Shown here in pieces: positions 40,713-49,669 of a stretch of 64,000 nucleotides of DNA; the first letter of the stretch is position 1, and every line of letters begins with the position of its first letter. A program made the position numbers and the translations under genes. The DNA is from an uncultured Alphaproteobacteria bacterium (lineage in GTDB: Bacteria; Pseudomonadota; Alphaproteobacteria; Rhodobacterales; Rhodobacteraceae), in assembly GCA_963789105.1 (NCBI GenBank), contig CAWBJI010000007.1, positions 49,594 through 113,593 on the forward strand, written 5' to 3'. Below the pieces are notes generated by a model. The model was not told the DNA's origin. It searched no databases and saw nothing but the letters and a program-made list of their open reading frames with translations.

Positions 40713-40802
40713 GTGGCGGAGGCGGTGGGATTCGAACCCACGAGACGGTTTCCCGCCTGCCGGTTTTCAAGACCGGTGCCTTCGACCGCTCGGCCACGCC
40801 TC
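40713..40802 (-). tRNA. tRNA-Ser (anticodon UGA)
   Basis: The reverse complement gives GGAGGCGTGGCCGAGCGGTCGAAGGCACCGGTCTTGAAAACCGGCAGGCGGGAAACCGTCTCGTGGGTTCGAATCCCACCGCCTCCGCCA. It has a long variable arm, the T-loop GGTTCGAATCC and an encoded CCA. Confidence 0.9.
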
Positions 40803-40919
40803 CGACGCGAGGGGGCTACACCCGGTAGGGCCGGGAGGGAAGCCTTCCTCCGCCCGTCGGTGCCCGTCATGGAACCGTTACACGGGGGGCCTAGTCGCGG
40901 GCCGGAACTCCGGAGGGCG

Positions 40920-41918
40920 ATGATGAAGGTATTCCTCAACGGGCTGGGGCGGATCGGCAAACTGGTCCTGCGCGAGCTGGTCGACGATCCGGGCGGCATC
41001 CGGATCCTGGGCGTCAACGATGCGGGGGGCGATGCGGCGCAGCATGCGCTCCTGCTGGAATTCGACAGCGTTCACGGTCGCTGGGACCGCGCCGTCCGGG
41101 CCGAGGGCGATGTCCTCGTCGCGGGGGACATGCGCCTCCCGTTCACCGGGCATCGGCGGATCGAGGATCTCGACCTCGCGGGGATCGACACGGTCATCGA
41201 CTGCACGGGCGTCTTCAAGACCGGCGCGGCTGTGCAACCCTATTACGATGCGGGCGTGGGCCGCGTTCTCGTCTCCGCTCCGGTCAAGGATGACGCCGCC
41301 CTGAACCTCGTCTACGGCGTCAATCAGGATCTGTATGATGGCAGCCAACGCCTCGTGACGGCTGCGTCCTGCACCACCAACTGCCTCGCGCCGGTGATCG
41401 CTGTCCTGCGCGAGGCGGTGGGCATAAGGCATGGCAGTTTCACCACCATCCACGATGTCACCAACACGCAGACTATCGTCGATCGCCCCCACAAGGATCC
41501 ACGCCGCGCCCGCTCTGCACTGACCAATCTGATCCCCACCACGACCGGCTCGGCCAAGGCGATCATGCAGATCTTCCCCGATCTGGAGGGACGCCTGATG
41601 GGCCATGCCGTGCGTGTGCCACTGCTGAACGCGTCCCTCACCGACTGCGCGTTCGAGATGGCACGCCCCGTAACCGTCGATGAAATCCACGCCGCGTTCC
41701 GCGCGGTCGAGGCCGGGTCCATGGCGGGTATCCTCGGAGTCGAGGATCGTCCGCTCGTTTCCGGTGACTTTCGCGGCGACCGGCGTTCGGCCATCGTGGA
41801 CGCTCTTTCCACCCTTGTCGTGCAGGGGACGCATCTCAAGCTCTACGTCTGGTACGACAACGAGTTCGGCTATTCCGTCCGTATGGCCGACATCGCGCGG
41901 ATGATGGCCGCCGGGTGA
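40920..41918 (+). CDS. gapdh: ArsJ-associated glyceraldehyde-3-phosphate dehydrogenase
   Basis: NGLGRIGK and the catalytic SCTTNCLAP motif. GTGA-coupled to arsJ downstream. The start could also be ATG 40923. Confidence 0.85.
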   Translation: MMKVFLNGLGRIGKLVLRELVDDPGGIRILGVNDAGGDAAQHALLLEFDSVHGRWDRAVRAEGDVLVAGDMRLPFTGHRRIEDLDLAGIDTVIDCTGVFKTGAAVQPYYDAGVGRVLVSAPVKDDAALNLVYGVNQDLYDGSQRLVTAASCTTNCLAPVIAVLREAVGIRHGSFTTIHDVTNTQTIVDRPHKDPRRARSALTNLIPTTTGSAKAIMQIFPDLEGRLMGHAVRVPLLNASLTDCAFEMARPVTVDEIHAAFRAVEAGSMAGILGVEDRPLVSGDFRGDRRSAIVDALSTLVVQGTHLKLYVWYDNEFGYSVRMADIARMMAAG

Positions 41919-43123
41919 CCTCGCTCCGGGGATACGCCGCCGTCACCGCCGCCTACTGGTCGTTCATGCTGACGGACGGGGCGTTGCGGATGCTGGTCCT
42001 GCTGCATTTCCATCAGCTTGGATTCACGCCGCTGCAACTGGCATGGCTGTTCGTCCTCTACGAGGTGGCGGGGATCGTCACGAACCTCTCTGCGGGATGG
42101 CTCGCCGCGCGCTTCGGCCTCGCCCTTACGCTCCATCTCGGCCTTGGGTTGCAGGTGGCCGCGCTGGTGGCGCTGACCCGGCTCGATCCCGGCTGGGCCG
42201 TCGGCACGTCGGTGATCTTCGTGATGCTGGTGCAGGGGGCGTCGGGCGTGGCGAAGGACCTCGCCAAGACCGCTTCCAAATCCGCCGTCAAACTGCTCGC
42301 GCCGGAGGCCGGTCTGTTCCGCTGGGTGGCTCTCCTGACCGGGTCGAAGAACGCGATCAAGGGGGCCGGCTTCTTCGTCGGCGCGGGCCTTCTGGCCGCC
42401 TTCGGGTTCCAGGCGGCGCTCTGGATCATGGCGACGACGCTCGCCATCGTGCTCGTGGCCGTCCTTGCCTTCCTCCCCACGGACCTGTCGATACGCAACA
42501 GGGCCGCGAAGTTCCGCGAGGTCCTTAGCTCGAATCCCCGGATCAACTGGCTCTCGGTGGCGCGGCTCTTCCTTTTCGGAGCGCGGGACGTGTGGTTCGT
42601 GGTCGCCCTGCCGATCTGGCTCGCCTCCTACCTGACCGCGCGGTTGGGCGATGCGGGGTCCGCCTTCTACCTGACGGGGATGTTCATGGCGTTCTGGGTC
42701 ATTGGCTACGGTGCGGTGCAGGGGGCGACGCCGCGCCTTCTGGGGACGGGCTCGGTCGCCCGGGCGCTCGTCTGGGTGCTGGCGCTGGCCGTCATCCCGG
42801 CTTTTCTCGCCGTGCTGCATGCCGCATGGCCGGAACTCGCCTGGCCGATCCTCGGTGGTCTCCTTCTCTTCGGCGCGGTCTTCGCAGTGAACTCGGCGCT
42901 CCATTCCTATCTCATTCTCCGTTTCGCGGGCGCGTCCCGGGTCACCATGGATGTCGGTTTCTACTACATGGCCAATGCGGGCGGTCGTCTGGTCGGGACA
43001 GTCCTTTCCGGGCTCTGTTATCAGGCCGGTGGACTGTCCCTGTCGCTCGCGGTCTCCGCGGCGATGCTCGCGCTTTCGGGCCTCGCCCTCCTCCGCATCC
43101 CCGCGGAGGCGGCGCCGCGCTGA
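41915..43123 (+). CDS. arsJ: organoarsenical efflux MFS transporter ArsJ
   Basis: 402 aa MFS protein. N-terminus YAAVTAAYWSFMLTDGALRMLVLLHFHQLGFTP is typical of ArsJ. Paired with a dedicated GAPDH. Confidence 0.8.
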   Translation: MTSLRGYAAVTAAYWSFMLTDGALRMLVLLHFHQLGFTPLQLAWLFVLYEVAGIVTNLSAGWLAARFGLALTLHLGLGLQVAALVALTRLDPGWAVGTSVIFVMLVQGASGVAKDLAKTASKSAVKLLAPEAGLFRWVALLTGSKNAIKGAGFFVGAGLLAAFGFQAALWIMATTLAIVLVAVLAFLPTDLSIRNRAAKFREVLSSNPRINWLSVARLFLFGARDVWFVVALPIWLASYLTARLGDAGSAFYLTGMFMAFWVIGYGAVQGATPRLLGTGSVARALVWVLALAVIPAFLAVLHAAWPELAWPILGGLLLFGAVFAVNSALHSYLILRFAGASRVTMDVGFYYMANAGGRLVGTVLSGLCYQAGGLSLSLAVSAAMLALSGLALLRIPAEAAPR

Positions 43124-43201
43124 GGCGATCACGCTCCCGTGGCTTGCCTCACCCCGCCCATCCGGGGCAGGGAAGGGCCCGAGCCAACCGGAGCCTGCCC
43201 C

Positions 43202-43807
43202 ATGCTCGACGCTGCCGCCCGTCGCCTTCTCGATCCGGCCCTGAACCGCCTCGGGCGGGCTCTGGCGACGCGCGGAATAACGGCAAATGCGGTGACGCTC
43301 GGGGGTCTTGCCCTGGGGTTGATCGCGGCCGCGACCATCGCCTTCGGGGCGCCGGGATGGGCCCTCATCCCGTTGCTCGCATCGCGGCTGGCCGATGGGC
43401 TGGACGGCGCCGTTGCGCGGGCGACGCGCAAGACCGATTTCGGCGGCTATCTCGATATCTGGGCCGATTTTCTCTTCTACGGCGCGATCCCCTTCGCCTT
43501 CGCCCTGGCGGATCCGGACAATGCCACCGCCGCCGCTTTCCTGCTCCTGTCGTTCTATGTCAACGGCACGTCCTTCCTCGGCTTCGCGACCATGGCCGAG
43601 AAGCGCGGCCTTTCCACCGCGGCCCAAGGGTCGAAATCCCTATACTATTCCAACGGGTTATTGGAGGGGACGGAGACGATCGTCTTCTTCGTCCTGCTCT
43701 GCCTGATCCCGCAACACTTCGCGCCGCTCGCCTGGGCGTTCGGTGCGCTGTGCTTCGTCACCGCAACCGCCCGGGTCGCGGCGGCTCGCCATATCCTGAC
43801 CGATTGA
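43202..43807 (+). CDS. CDP-alcohol phosphatidyltransferase family membrane protein (YnjF-like)
   Basis: DGLDGAVAR...D...D motif (LADGLDGAVARATRKTDFGGYLDIWADF). Confidence 0.75.
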   Translation: MLDAAARRLLDPALNRLGRALATRGITANAVTLGGLALGLIAAATIAFGAPGWALIPLLASRLADGLDGAVARATRKTDFGGYLDIWADFLFYGAIPFAFALADPDNATAAAFLLLSFYVNGTSFLGFATMAEKRGLSTAAQGSKSLYYSNGLLEGTETIVFFVLLCLIPQHFAPLAWAFGALCFVTATARVAAARHILTD

Positions 43808-43819
43808 GGACCTGATCCC

Positions 43820-45013
43820 ATGCGCCTTTCGCTCATCGCCGCCCTTGCCCTGACCGCGACGCCTGCCTGGGCGGAGCCCGATCCCGCCGACTGGCCCGCG
43901 GTTCTGTCCGAGGCGGAGGGGCAGACCGTCTATTGGCATGCCTGGGGTGGGTCCACGACGACCAACGATTTTATCGCCTGGATCGGGGAGCGCGCGGCCG
44001 AGCAGAATGTGACGCTGGAACACGTCAAGCTCGCCGATACGGGCGATGCCGTCGGCCTCGTCCTGACGGAGAAGCAGGCGGGAAAGCTGACGGGCGGCGC
44101 GGTCGACCTCATCTGGATCAACGGCGCGAACTTCGCCTCCATGAAGGAGCAGGACCTGCTCTTCGGTCCATTCGCCGAGGCGCTGCCGAACTGGTCGCTG
44201 GTCGATGTCGACGGCAAGACCGTCACCACCGACTTCACCGTCCCGACCGAGGGCTACGAGAGTCCGTGGGCCATGGCGCAGGTCGTCTTCATCCATGACA
44301 GCGAGCGCCTGCCGGATCCGCCCCGCACCGCCGAGGCGCTTCTGGAGTTCGCGACCGCCAATCCCGGGCGCTTCACCTTCCCGCAGCCGCCGGACTTCCT
44401 CGGCACGACCTTCCTGAAGCAGATGCTGATCGACCTCGTGCCCGACCCCGAAATCCTCCAGGATCCCGTGGGCGAGGATTATGCCGGGGTGACGGCGCCG
44501 CTCTGGTCCTTTCTCGACGCGCTCACGCCCGTCCTGTGGCGACAGGGCCGCGCCTATCCGCAGACCGGTCCGCGCCAGCTTCAGCTCATGAACGATGGCG
44601 AGGTCGATCTCGCCATCAGCTTCTCGCCCGGCGAGGCAACGGCGGCCATCGCGAATTACGAACTGTCCTCGACGGCGCGCACCTACGTCCTCGACGGCGG
44701 CACGCTGGGCAACGCCTCCTTCGTGGCGATCCCGTTCAACGCGAACGCCAAGGCCGGAGCGATGGTGGTCGCCGACATCCTTCTGTCGCCCGCGGCCCAG
44801 CTGCGGGCACAGATGCCGGACGTGCTGGGCTACGGCACGGTCCTCGACATGGAGCGGCTGGACCCCGCGGACCGCGCCGCGTTCGACGCTCTCGATCTCG
44901 GCGTGGCCACGCTCTCGCCCGAGGAATTGGGACCGGCGCTGCCCGAGCCGCATCCCTCCTGGGCCGAACGGCTCGCCGCCGACTGGGTCGCCCGTTACGG
45001 CGTCGCCAACTAA
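43820..45013 (+). CDS. ABC transporter periplasmic substrate-binding protein (YnjB-like)
   Basis: Signal peptide MRLSLIAALALTATPAWA, 397 aa, RBS GAGGA. Confidence 0.75.
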   Translation: MRLSLIAALALTATPAWAEPDPADWPAVLSEAEGQTVYWHAWGGSTTTNDFIAWIGERAAEQNVTLEHVKLADTGDAVGLVLTEKQAGKLTGGAVDLIWINGANFASMKEQDLLFGPFAEALPNWSLVDVDGKTVTTDFTVPTEGYESPWAMAQVVFIHDSERLPDPPRTAEALLEFATANPGRFTFPQPPDFLGTTFLKQMLIDLVPDPEILQDPVGEDYAGVTAPLWSFLDALTPVLWRQGRAYPQTGPRQLQLMNDGEVDLAISFSPGEATAAIANYELSSTARTYVLDGGTLGNASFVAIPFNANAKAGAMVVADILLSPAAQLRAQMPDVLGYGTVLDMERLDPADRAAFDALDLGVATLSPEELGPALPEPHPSWAERLAADWVARYGVAN

Positions 45014-46696
45014 TTGCTGCGACCGCTCCCGCTCCTGACCGCATCGATCCTCGCGGGGCCGGTCCTGCTGGGTCTGGCGGGGACGGTCCTGCCCGCACTC
45101 GGCCATGGTCCCGCGGGGCAGGGATCCGGTGCATTCGGCTTCGATCTCTCCGCGTTCCGGACCGCCTTCGACTGGCCCGGCATGCCGCGCGCCGTCGCCG
45201 TGTCCATCATCTCCGGCGTGTTCTCGACCATCGGTGCGCTGGCCGTGGCCTCCCTCATTCTAGCGGGCTGGCACGGGACGCGGGCCTTCGTCTGGCTCGA
45301 ACGACTGCTCTCCCCGCTCCTCGCCGTGCCCCACGCCGCCGCGGCTCTCGGCCTCGCCTTCCTCATCGCACCCTCCGGATGGATCGCACGGTTCCCGGCG
45401 CTCGTCCTCGGCTGGGACGTTCCCCCGGACCTCCTGATCGTCCAGGATCGCTGGGGCCTGTCGCTGACCGCGGGCCTCATCGCCAAGGAACTTCCGTTCC
45501 TCCTCCTGATGATGCTCGCCGCCCTGGGACAGGTCGCCGTCCGCCCCCGCATGGCCATCGCCCGTAGTCTCGGTTCCGGACGGGTCGCGGCCTGGTTCAA
45601 GGCCGTCTTTCCCGGCCTCTACGTTCAGGTTCGCCTGCCGGTTCTCGTCGTGCTGGTCTACGGCATGACCAACGTGGACGTCGCCACCATCCTCGGCCCC
45701 AACGTGCCGCCCACCCTGTCGGTGCAGGTGACGCGCTGGATGCTCGACCCCGATCTCGGCCTGCGCGCGGTGGCGGCCGCCGCCGCCTTGGTGCAATTCG
45801 GGGCGGTCCTCGTCATGCTTGCCCTCTGGCTCCTCGGCGAGCGGGTCGTGGCGCATTTCGGCCGCCGCTGGGTCTGGTCCGGGCGCGGCCTCCCCGAGGG
45901 GCTCGCCCGCATCGCGGGTCTGGCGCTCGCGATCCTCTCGGCGGTGGCGGTCCTCGCGGGGATCGCGGCGCTGGCGCTTTGGTCGGTGGCGGCGGGCTGG
46001 CGCTTTCCGGACCTCGCACCGGACGCGCTCACGATGCGAAGCTGGATGCGCTTCGGCCCGGAGATGGCGATGGTGGCGGGCGACACCCTCCTGATCGCCG
46101 CAAGCGCCACGGCGGCGTCGATCCTCCTCGTCCTCGGCTGCCTGGAGGCGGAGCATCGCTTCGGCCTGACGGTCGGCCAACGCGCGCTCTGGCTCCTCTA
46201 CCTTCCGCTCCTTATCCCGCAGGTCGCATTCCTCCCCGGCCTGCAACTCCTCCCGGCGTTTTTGGGCCACGGCCACGAATTCGCGACCGTCATCATCGGA
46301 CACGTCATCTTCGTCCTGCCTTACGTCTTCCTCTCGCTCTCGGGGCCGTTCCGCGCCTGGGACGGGCGTCTGGCACGGGTCGGCGCGGGCCTCGGTGCGT
46401 CGCCCGACCGGGTGCTCTGGCGCCTCCGCATGCCGATGCTGCTGGCGCCGATCCTGACGGCGGCGGCGGTGGGAATGGCGGTCAGCGTCGGGCAATACCT
46501 GCCGACGCTGCTGCTGGGCGGGGGCCGCGTCTCGACCCTGGCGACCGAAGCGGTGGCCCTCGCGGCGGGCGGCGACCGCCGGGCGATCGGTATCTGGGGG
46601 CTCGGTCAGACGCTTGCCGCCTTCCTGCCCTTCGCACTGGCCCTCGCGCTGCCCGCATTGCTGTATCGCAACCGTCAGGGGCTTGCCCGTGCCTGA
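45014..46696 (+). CDS. ABC transporter permease, fused double domain (YnjC-like)
   Basis: 560 aa polytopic protein. TTG start directly after the binding-protein stop. Confidence 0.75.
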   Translation: MLRPLPLLTASILAGPVLLGLAGTVLPALGHGPAGQGSGAFGFDLSAFRTAFDWPGMPRAVAVSIISGVFSTIGALAVASLILAGWHGTRAFVWLERLLSPLLAVPHAAAALGLAFLIAPSGWIARFPALVLGWDVPPDLLIVQDRWGLSLTAGLIAKELPFLLLMMLAALGQVAVRPRMAIARSLGSGRVAAWFKAVFPGLYVQVRLPVLVVLVYGMTNVDVATILGPNVPPTLSVQVTRWMLDPDLGLRAVAAAAALVQFGAVLVMLALWLLGERVVAHFGRRWVWSGRGLPEGLARIAGLALAILSAVAVLAGIAALALWSVAAGWRFPDLAPDALTMRSWMRFGPEMAMVAGDTLLIAASATAASILLVLGCLEAEHRFGLTVGQRALWLLYLPLLIPQVAFLPGLQLLPAFLGHGHEFATVIIGHVIFVLPYVFLSLSGPFRAWDGRLARVGAGLGASPDRVLWRLRMPMLLAPILTAAAVGMAVSVGQYLPTLLLGGGRVSTLATEAVALAAGGDRRAIGIWGLGQTLAAFLPFALALALPALLYRNRQGLARA

Positions 46697-47336
46697 GGGG
46701 CTGAGTCTCGACCGGGTGATCCTCCGAAGGGAGGGGCAGATGCTGTTGCGTATCTCCGCTACGGTCCCGCCGGGGAAGGTGCTGACGGTGATGGGCCCGA
46801 GCGGGGTGGGAAAATCCACGCTGCTGGCCTTCGTGATGGGCGATCTGCCGCGTGGTTTCGCGGGGGAGGGCGGCGTTCGCCTCGACGGGCGCGACCTCGC
46901 CGGATTGCCCCCCGAAGCGCGCCATATCGGCATCCTCTATCAGGATCCGCTCCTGTTCCCCCATCTCGACGTGGCCGCGAACCTCGCCTTCGGTCTGCCC
47001 CGCGGAGGGACGCGCGTCGCCAGACGGACCATCGTCGCGGATGCCATGGCGGAGATCGGCCTGGAGGGCTACGGACGCCGCGATCCCGCGACGCTGTCGG
47101 GGGGGCAGGCGGCGCGCGTAGCGCTCATGCGGACGCTCCTGTCGGCCCCCCGCGCACTCCTTCTGGACGAGCCGTTCGCCAAGCTCGACGCGGCCCTGCG
47201 GGAGCAGATGCGGCGCCTTGTCTTCGACCGCGCGCGGGACGCCGGGATCCCCATCCTGATGGTGACCCACGATGCCGCGGATGCTGCGGCCGCTTGTGGC
47301 GAGGTGGTGCATCTGGACGGTGAACACCAGCACTGA
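46689..47336 (+). CDS. ABC transporter ATP-binding protein (YnjD-like)
   Basis: Walker A GPSGVGKST, signature LSGGQAARVAL, Walker B LLLDEPF. GTG 46689 overlaps the permease stop. Confidence 0.85.
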   Translation: MPEGLSLDRVILRREGQMLLRISATVPPGKVLTVMGPSGVGKSTLLAFVMGDLPRGFAGEGGVRLDGRDLAGLPPEARHIGILYQDPLLFPHLDVAANLAFGLPRGGTRVARRTIVADAMAEIGLEGYGRRDPATLSGGQAARVALMRTLLSAPRALLLDEPFAKLDAALREQMRRLVFDRARDAGIPILMVTHDAADAAAACGEVVHLDGEHQH

Positions 47337-47347
47337 CCGACCCGACT

Positions 47348-49345
47348 TTACGGTTGCCGTCTCCGCCGCCGTCCCGCCGAATTCGTGTTGAAACTCACAT
47401 CCGGCAGCGTTCCGACATTCGGATAGGGCGCCGTCGCGTGGGGGATCGCGTTGGCGGCCACGAAATGCTCCTGAAAGCGGGGTGCGATGGCGGTCTCGAC
47501 CTTGGTGATGCGCCGCACCAGCCCCTCGATATGATCCCGCATCCCGGCATTGCAGAGCGCCATGCGCGCACCATGTCCCGCCGCGTTTCCGGCAGATCCG
47601 ACGCGGTCCAGCGGCGCGTCCGGGATCATACCCAGCACCATGGCGTGTCGCGGCGAGATATGCGCGCCGAATGCGCCGGCAAGCGTCACCCGCTCGACGC
47701 TGTCCACGCCCGCTTCGTCCATCAGCAGGCGCGCACCGGCATAGAGCGCCGATTTCGCGAGCTGGATCGCGCGGATATCCCCCTGCGTCACCAGAATTCG
47801 ACGGTCATCCCCCTCCCACAGAAGGTAGGAGTTCGTCCGTCCCTCGGCCACGCAGCGGGACGTTCCCGTCTGCTCCGCCGACCCGATCAGCCCCCCCGCG
47901 TCGACCAGGCCCGCAAGCCGCATCTCCGCCACCGCCTCGATGATGCCCGATCCGCAGATGCCGGTGATGCCGCTGGCCGCAGTCGCCTCGGCGAAGCCCG
48001 GATCGTTGGACCATAGGTCGCTGCCGATGACCCGAAAGCGGGGCTCTTTCGTCTCGGGGTCGATCTCGACCCGCTCGATGGCGCCGGGGGCGGCGCGTTG
48101 CCCCGCGCTGATCTGCGCGCCCTCGAAGGCGGGACCGGTGGGCGAGGAACAGGCGAGCAGGCCGTGGCGATTGCCCAGGATGATCTCCGCATTGGTGCCC
48201 ACGTCGACGATCAACGTCATTTCTTCCGCCGCATCCGGTGCTTCCGACAAGGCCACCGCGGCGGCATCCGCCCCCACATGCCCCGCGATGCACGGCAGCA
48301 GATAGACGCGCGCCCCGGGGGCCAGGGCGTCGAGCCCGATATCGGATGCGGTCAGCCGCAGCGCGTCCGAGGTGGCCAGCGCGAAGGGCGACTGGCCCAG
48401 CTCCACCGGGTCGATGCCGAGCAGCAGGTGGTGCATCACCGGATTGCAGACGACGACCGCCTCCACGATGTCGGCGGGCGATACGTCCGCCTCGACGGCC
48501 AACGACGCGGCAAGCTCCGCGAGCGCCGTGCGCACGGCCGCCGTCATCTCCACGTCGCCGCCGGGGTTCATCATCGAATAGCTGACCCGGCTCATCAGGT
48601 CCTCGCCGAACCGGATCTGCGGATTCATCACGCCGCCCGACGCCAGCACCGCACCCGTCGACAGGTCGCAGAGATGTGCCGCGATCGTCGTCGAGCCGAG
48701 GTCGATGGCGAGGCCCGAGAGCGGATCGGTGCGCAAACCGGGGAAGATCGCGGCGACGCTGCGCGCGTGATGGTTCACGGCAACCGTCACCTGCCAATCG
48801 CCCTTGCGCAAAGCCTTCTGCAATCCGCGCAGGACGGGTAGGGGGATTGTCAGGTCGCGCAGATCCCATTGCTCGGCGAGGGCGGTCCGGAGGCGTTCGA
48901 GATCGCCGGTCGGCGCGTCCATGTCCGGCTCCTCCACCCGCACGAGGTGCAGCCGGGTGGCGGGATCGAGGGTGATCGCGCGGCCGGACGCCGCCTTGCG
49001 CACGACCTGCCGATGAACCTGACTCAATTCGGGGACGTCGATCACCACGTCGGTGTGGATCGCCGCCTGACAGCCGAGCCGCCGCCCGGGTTTCAAACCG
49101 CGTATCTCGTCGTAGCGCCGCTCGACCGCGTTGACGGGCGACAGGGCATCGGACGCGACCGTCACTCCAAGCTTCGGAAAGGATCCCGCACCCGGCTGCA
49201 CCTGACAGCGCGAACAGATCCCGCGACCGCCGCAGACAGAGTCGAGATCGACGCCCAACTGGCGCGCGGCGGTCAGGACCGGCGTTCCGCGCGGCACCCG
49301 CCCGCGCTTGCCCGACGGCATGAAGATGACCTGCGGATCGGTCAT
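47348..49345 (-). CDS. corrinoid reductive-activation protein (RACo/RamA-like: N-terminal 2Fe-2S ferredoxin plus ASKHA/DUF4445 ATPase)
   Basis: ATG 49345. CGGRGICSRCQV ferredoxin motif, then DLGSTTIAAHL and IVDVGTNAEI ASKHA phosphate motifs. Confidence 0.8.
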   Translation of the reverse strand: MTDPQVIFMPSGKRGRVPRGTPVLTAARQLGVDLDSVCGGRGICSRCQVQPGAGSFPKLGVTVASDALSPVNAVERRYDEIRGLKPGRRLGCQAAIHTDVVIDVPELSQVHRQVVRKAASGRAITLDPATRLHLVRVEEPDMDAPTGDLERLRTALAEQWDLRDLTIPLPVLRGLQKALRKGDWQVTVAVNHHARSVAAIFPGLRTDPLSGLAIDLGSTTIAAHLCDLSTGAVLASGGVMNPQIRFGEDLMSRVSYSMMNPGGDVEMTAAVRTALAELAASLAVEADVSPADIVEAVVVCNPVMHHLLLGIDPVELGQSPFALATSDALRLTASDIGLDALAPGARVYLLPCIAGHVGADAAAVALSEAPDAAEEMTLIVDVGTNAEIILGNRHGLLACSSPTGPAFEGAQISAGQRAAPGAIERVEIDPETKEPRFRVIGSDLWSNDPGFAEATAASGITGICGSGIIEAVAEMRLAGLVDAGGLIGSAEQTGTSRCVAEGRTNSYLLWEGDDRRILVTQGDIRAIQLAKSALYAGARLLMDEAGVDSVERVTLAGAFGAHISPRHAMVLGMIPDAPLDRVGSAGNAAGHGARMALCNAGMRDHIEGLVRRITKVETAIAPRFQEHFVAANAIPHATAPYPNVGTLPDVSFNTNSAGRRRRRQP

Positions 49346-49391
49346 GGGGACGTCCGGGCGGCGGGGACCGACCCGGTCGGAACGGATCGCG

Positions 49392-49622
49392 TCAGACCAG
49401 CACGCGGACCGGGACGCCGGTGCAGACGATGACGATCTGATCGCCCGCCTGGACCATTCGGAAGCCCCGGGCGCGCACCTCCTGCTCCAGATCGCGGCGA
49501 CCGATGGCCCGTTCCACGTCCCGCGCATCGCGACAGACGATTCCCCCCGCCCGCAAATTGCGGGGCGAGAACAGCTTTGCCAGCCATTCCTCGTCCCGCC
49601 CGATATGCGCCTGATAGCTCAT
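49392..49622 (-). CDS. hypothetical protein (76 aa) within the corrinoid operon
   Basis: High GC3. Lies between the methyltransferase and RACo genes on the same strand. No family recognised. Confidence 0.45.
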   Translation of the reverse strand: MSYQAHIGRDEEWLAKLFSPRNLRAGGIVCRDARDVERAIGRRDLEQEVRARGFRMVQAGDQIVIVCTGVPVRVLV

Positions 49623-49669
49623 GCGAGGGGTCTAACGTGCTCATCCTTAAAGAACCTTTACCCTGATGC

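Noticed and set aside
40535-41017. 160-aa ORF on the minus strand
   Set aside because: It runs straight through tRNA-Ser and the gapdh start, with no coding character.
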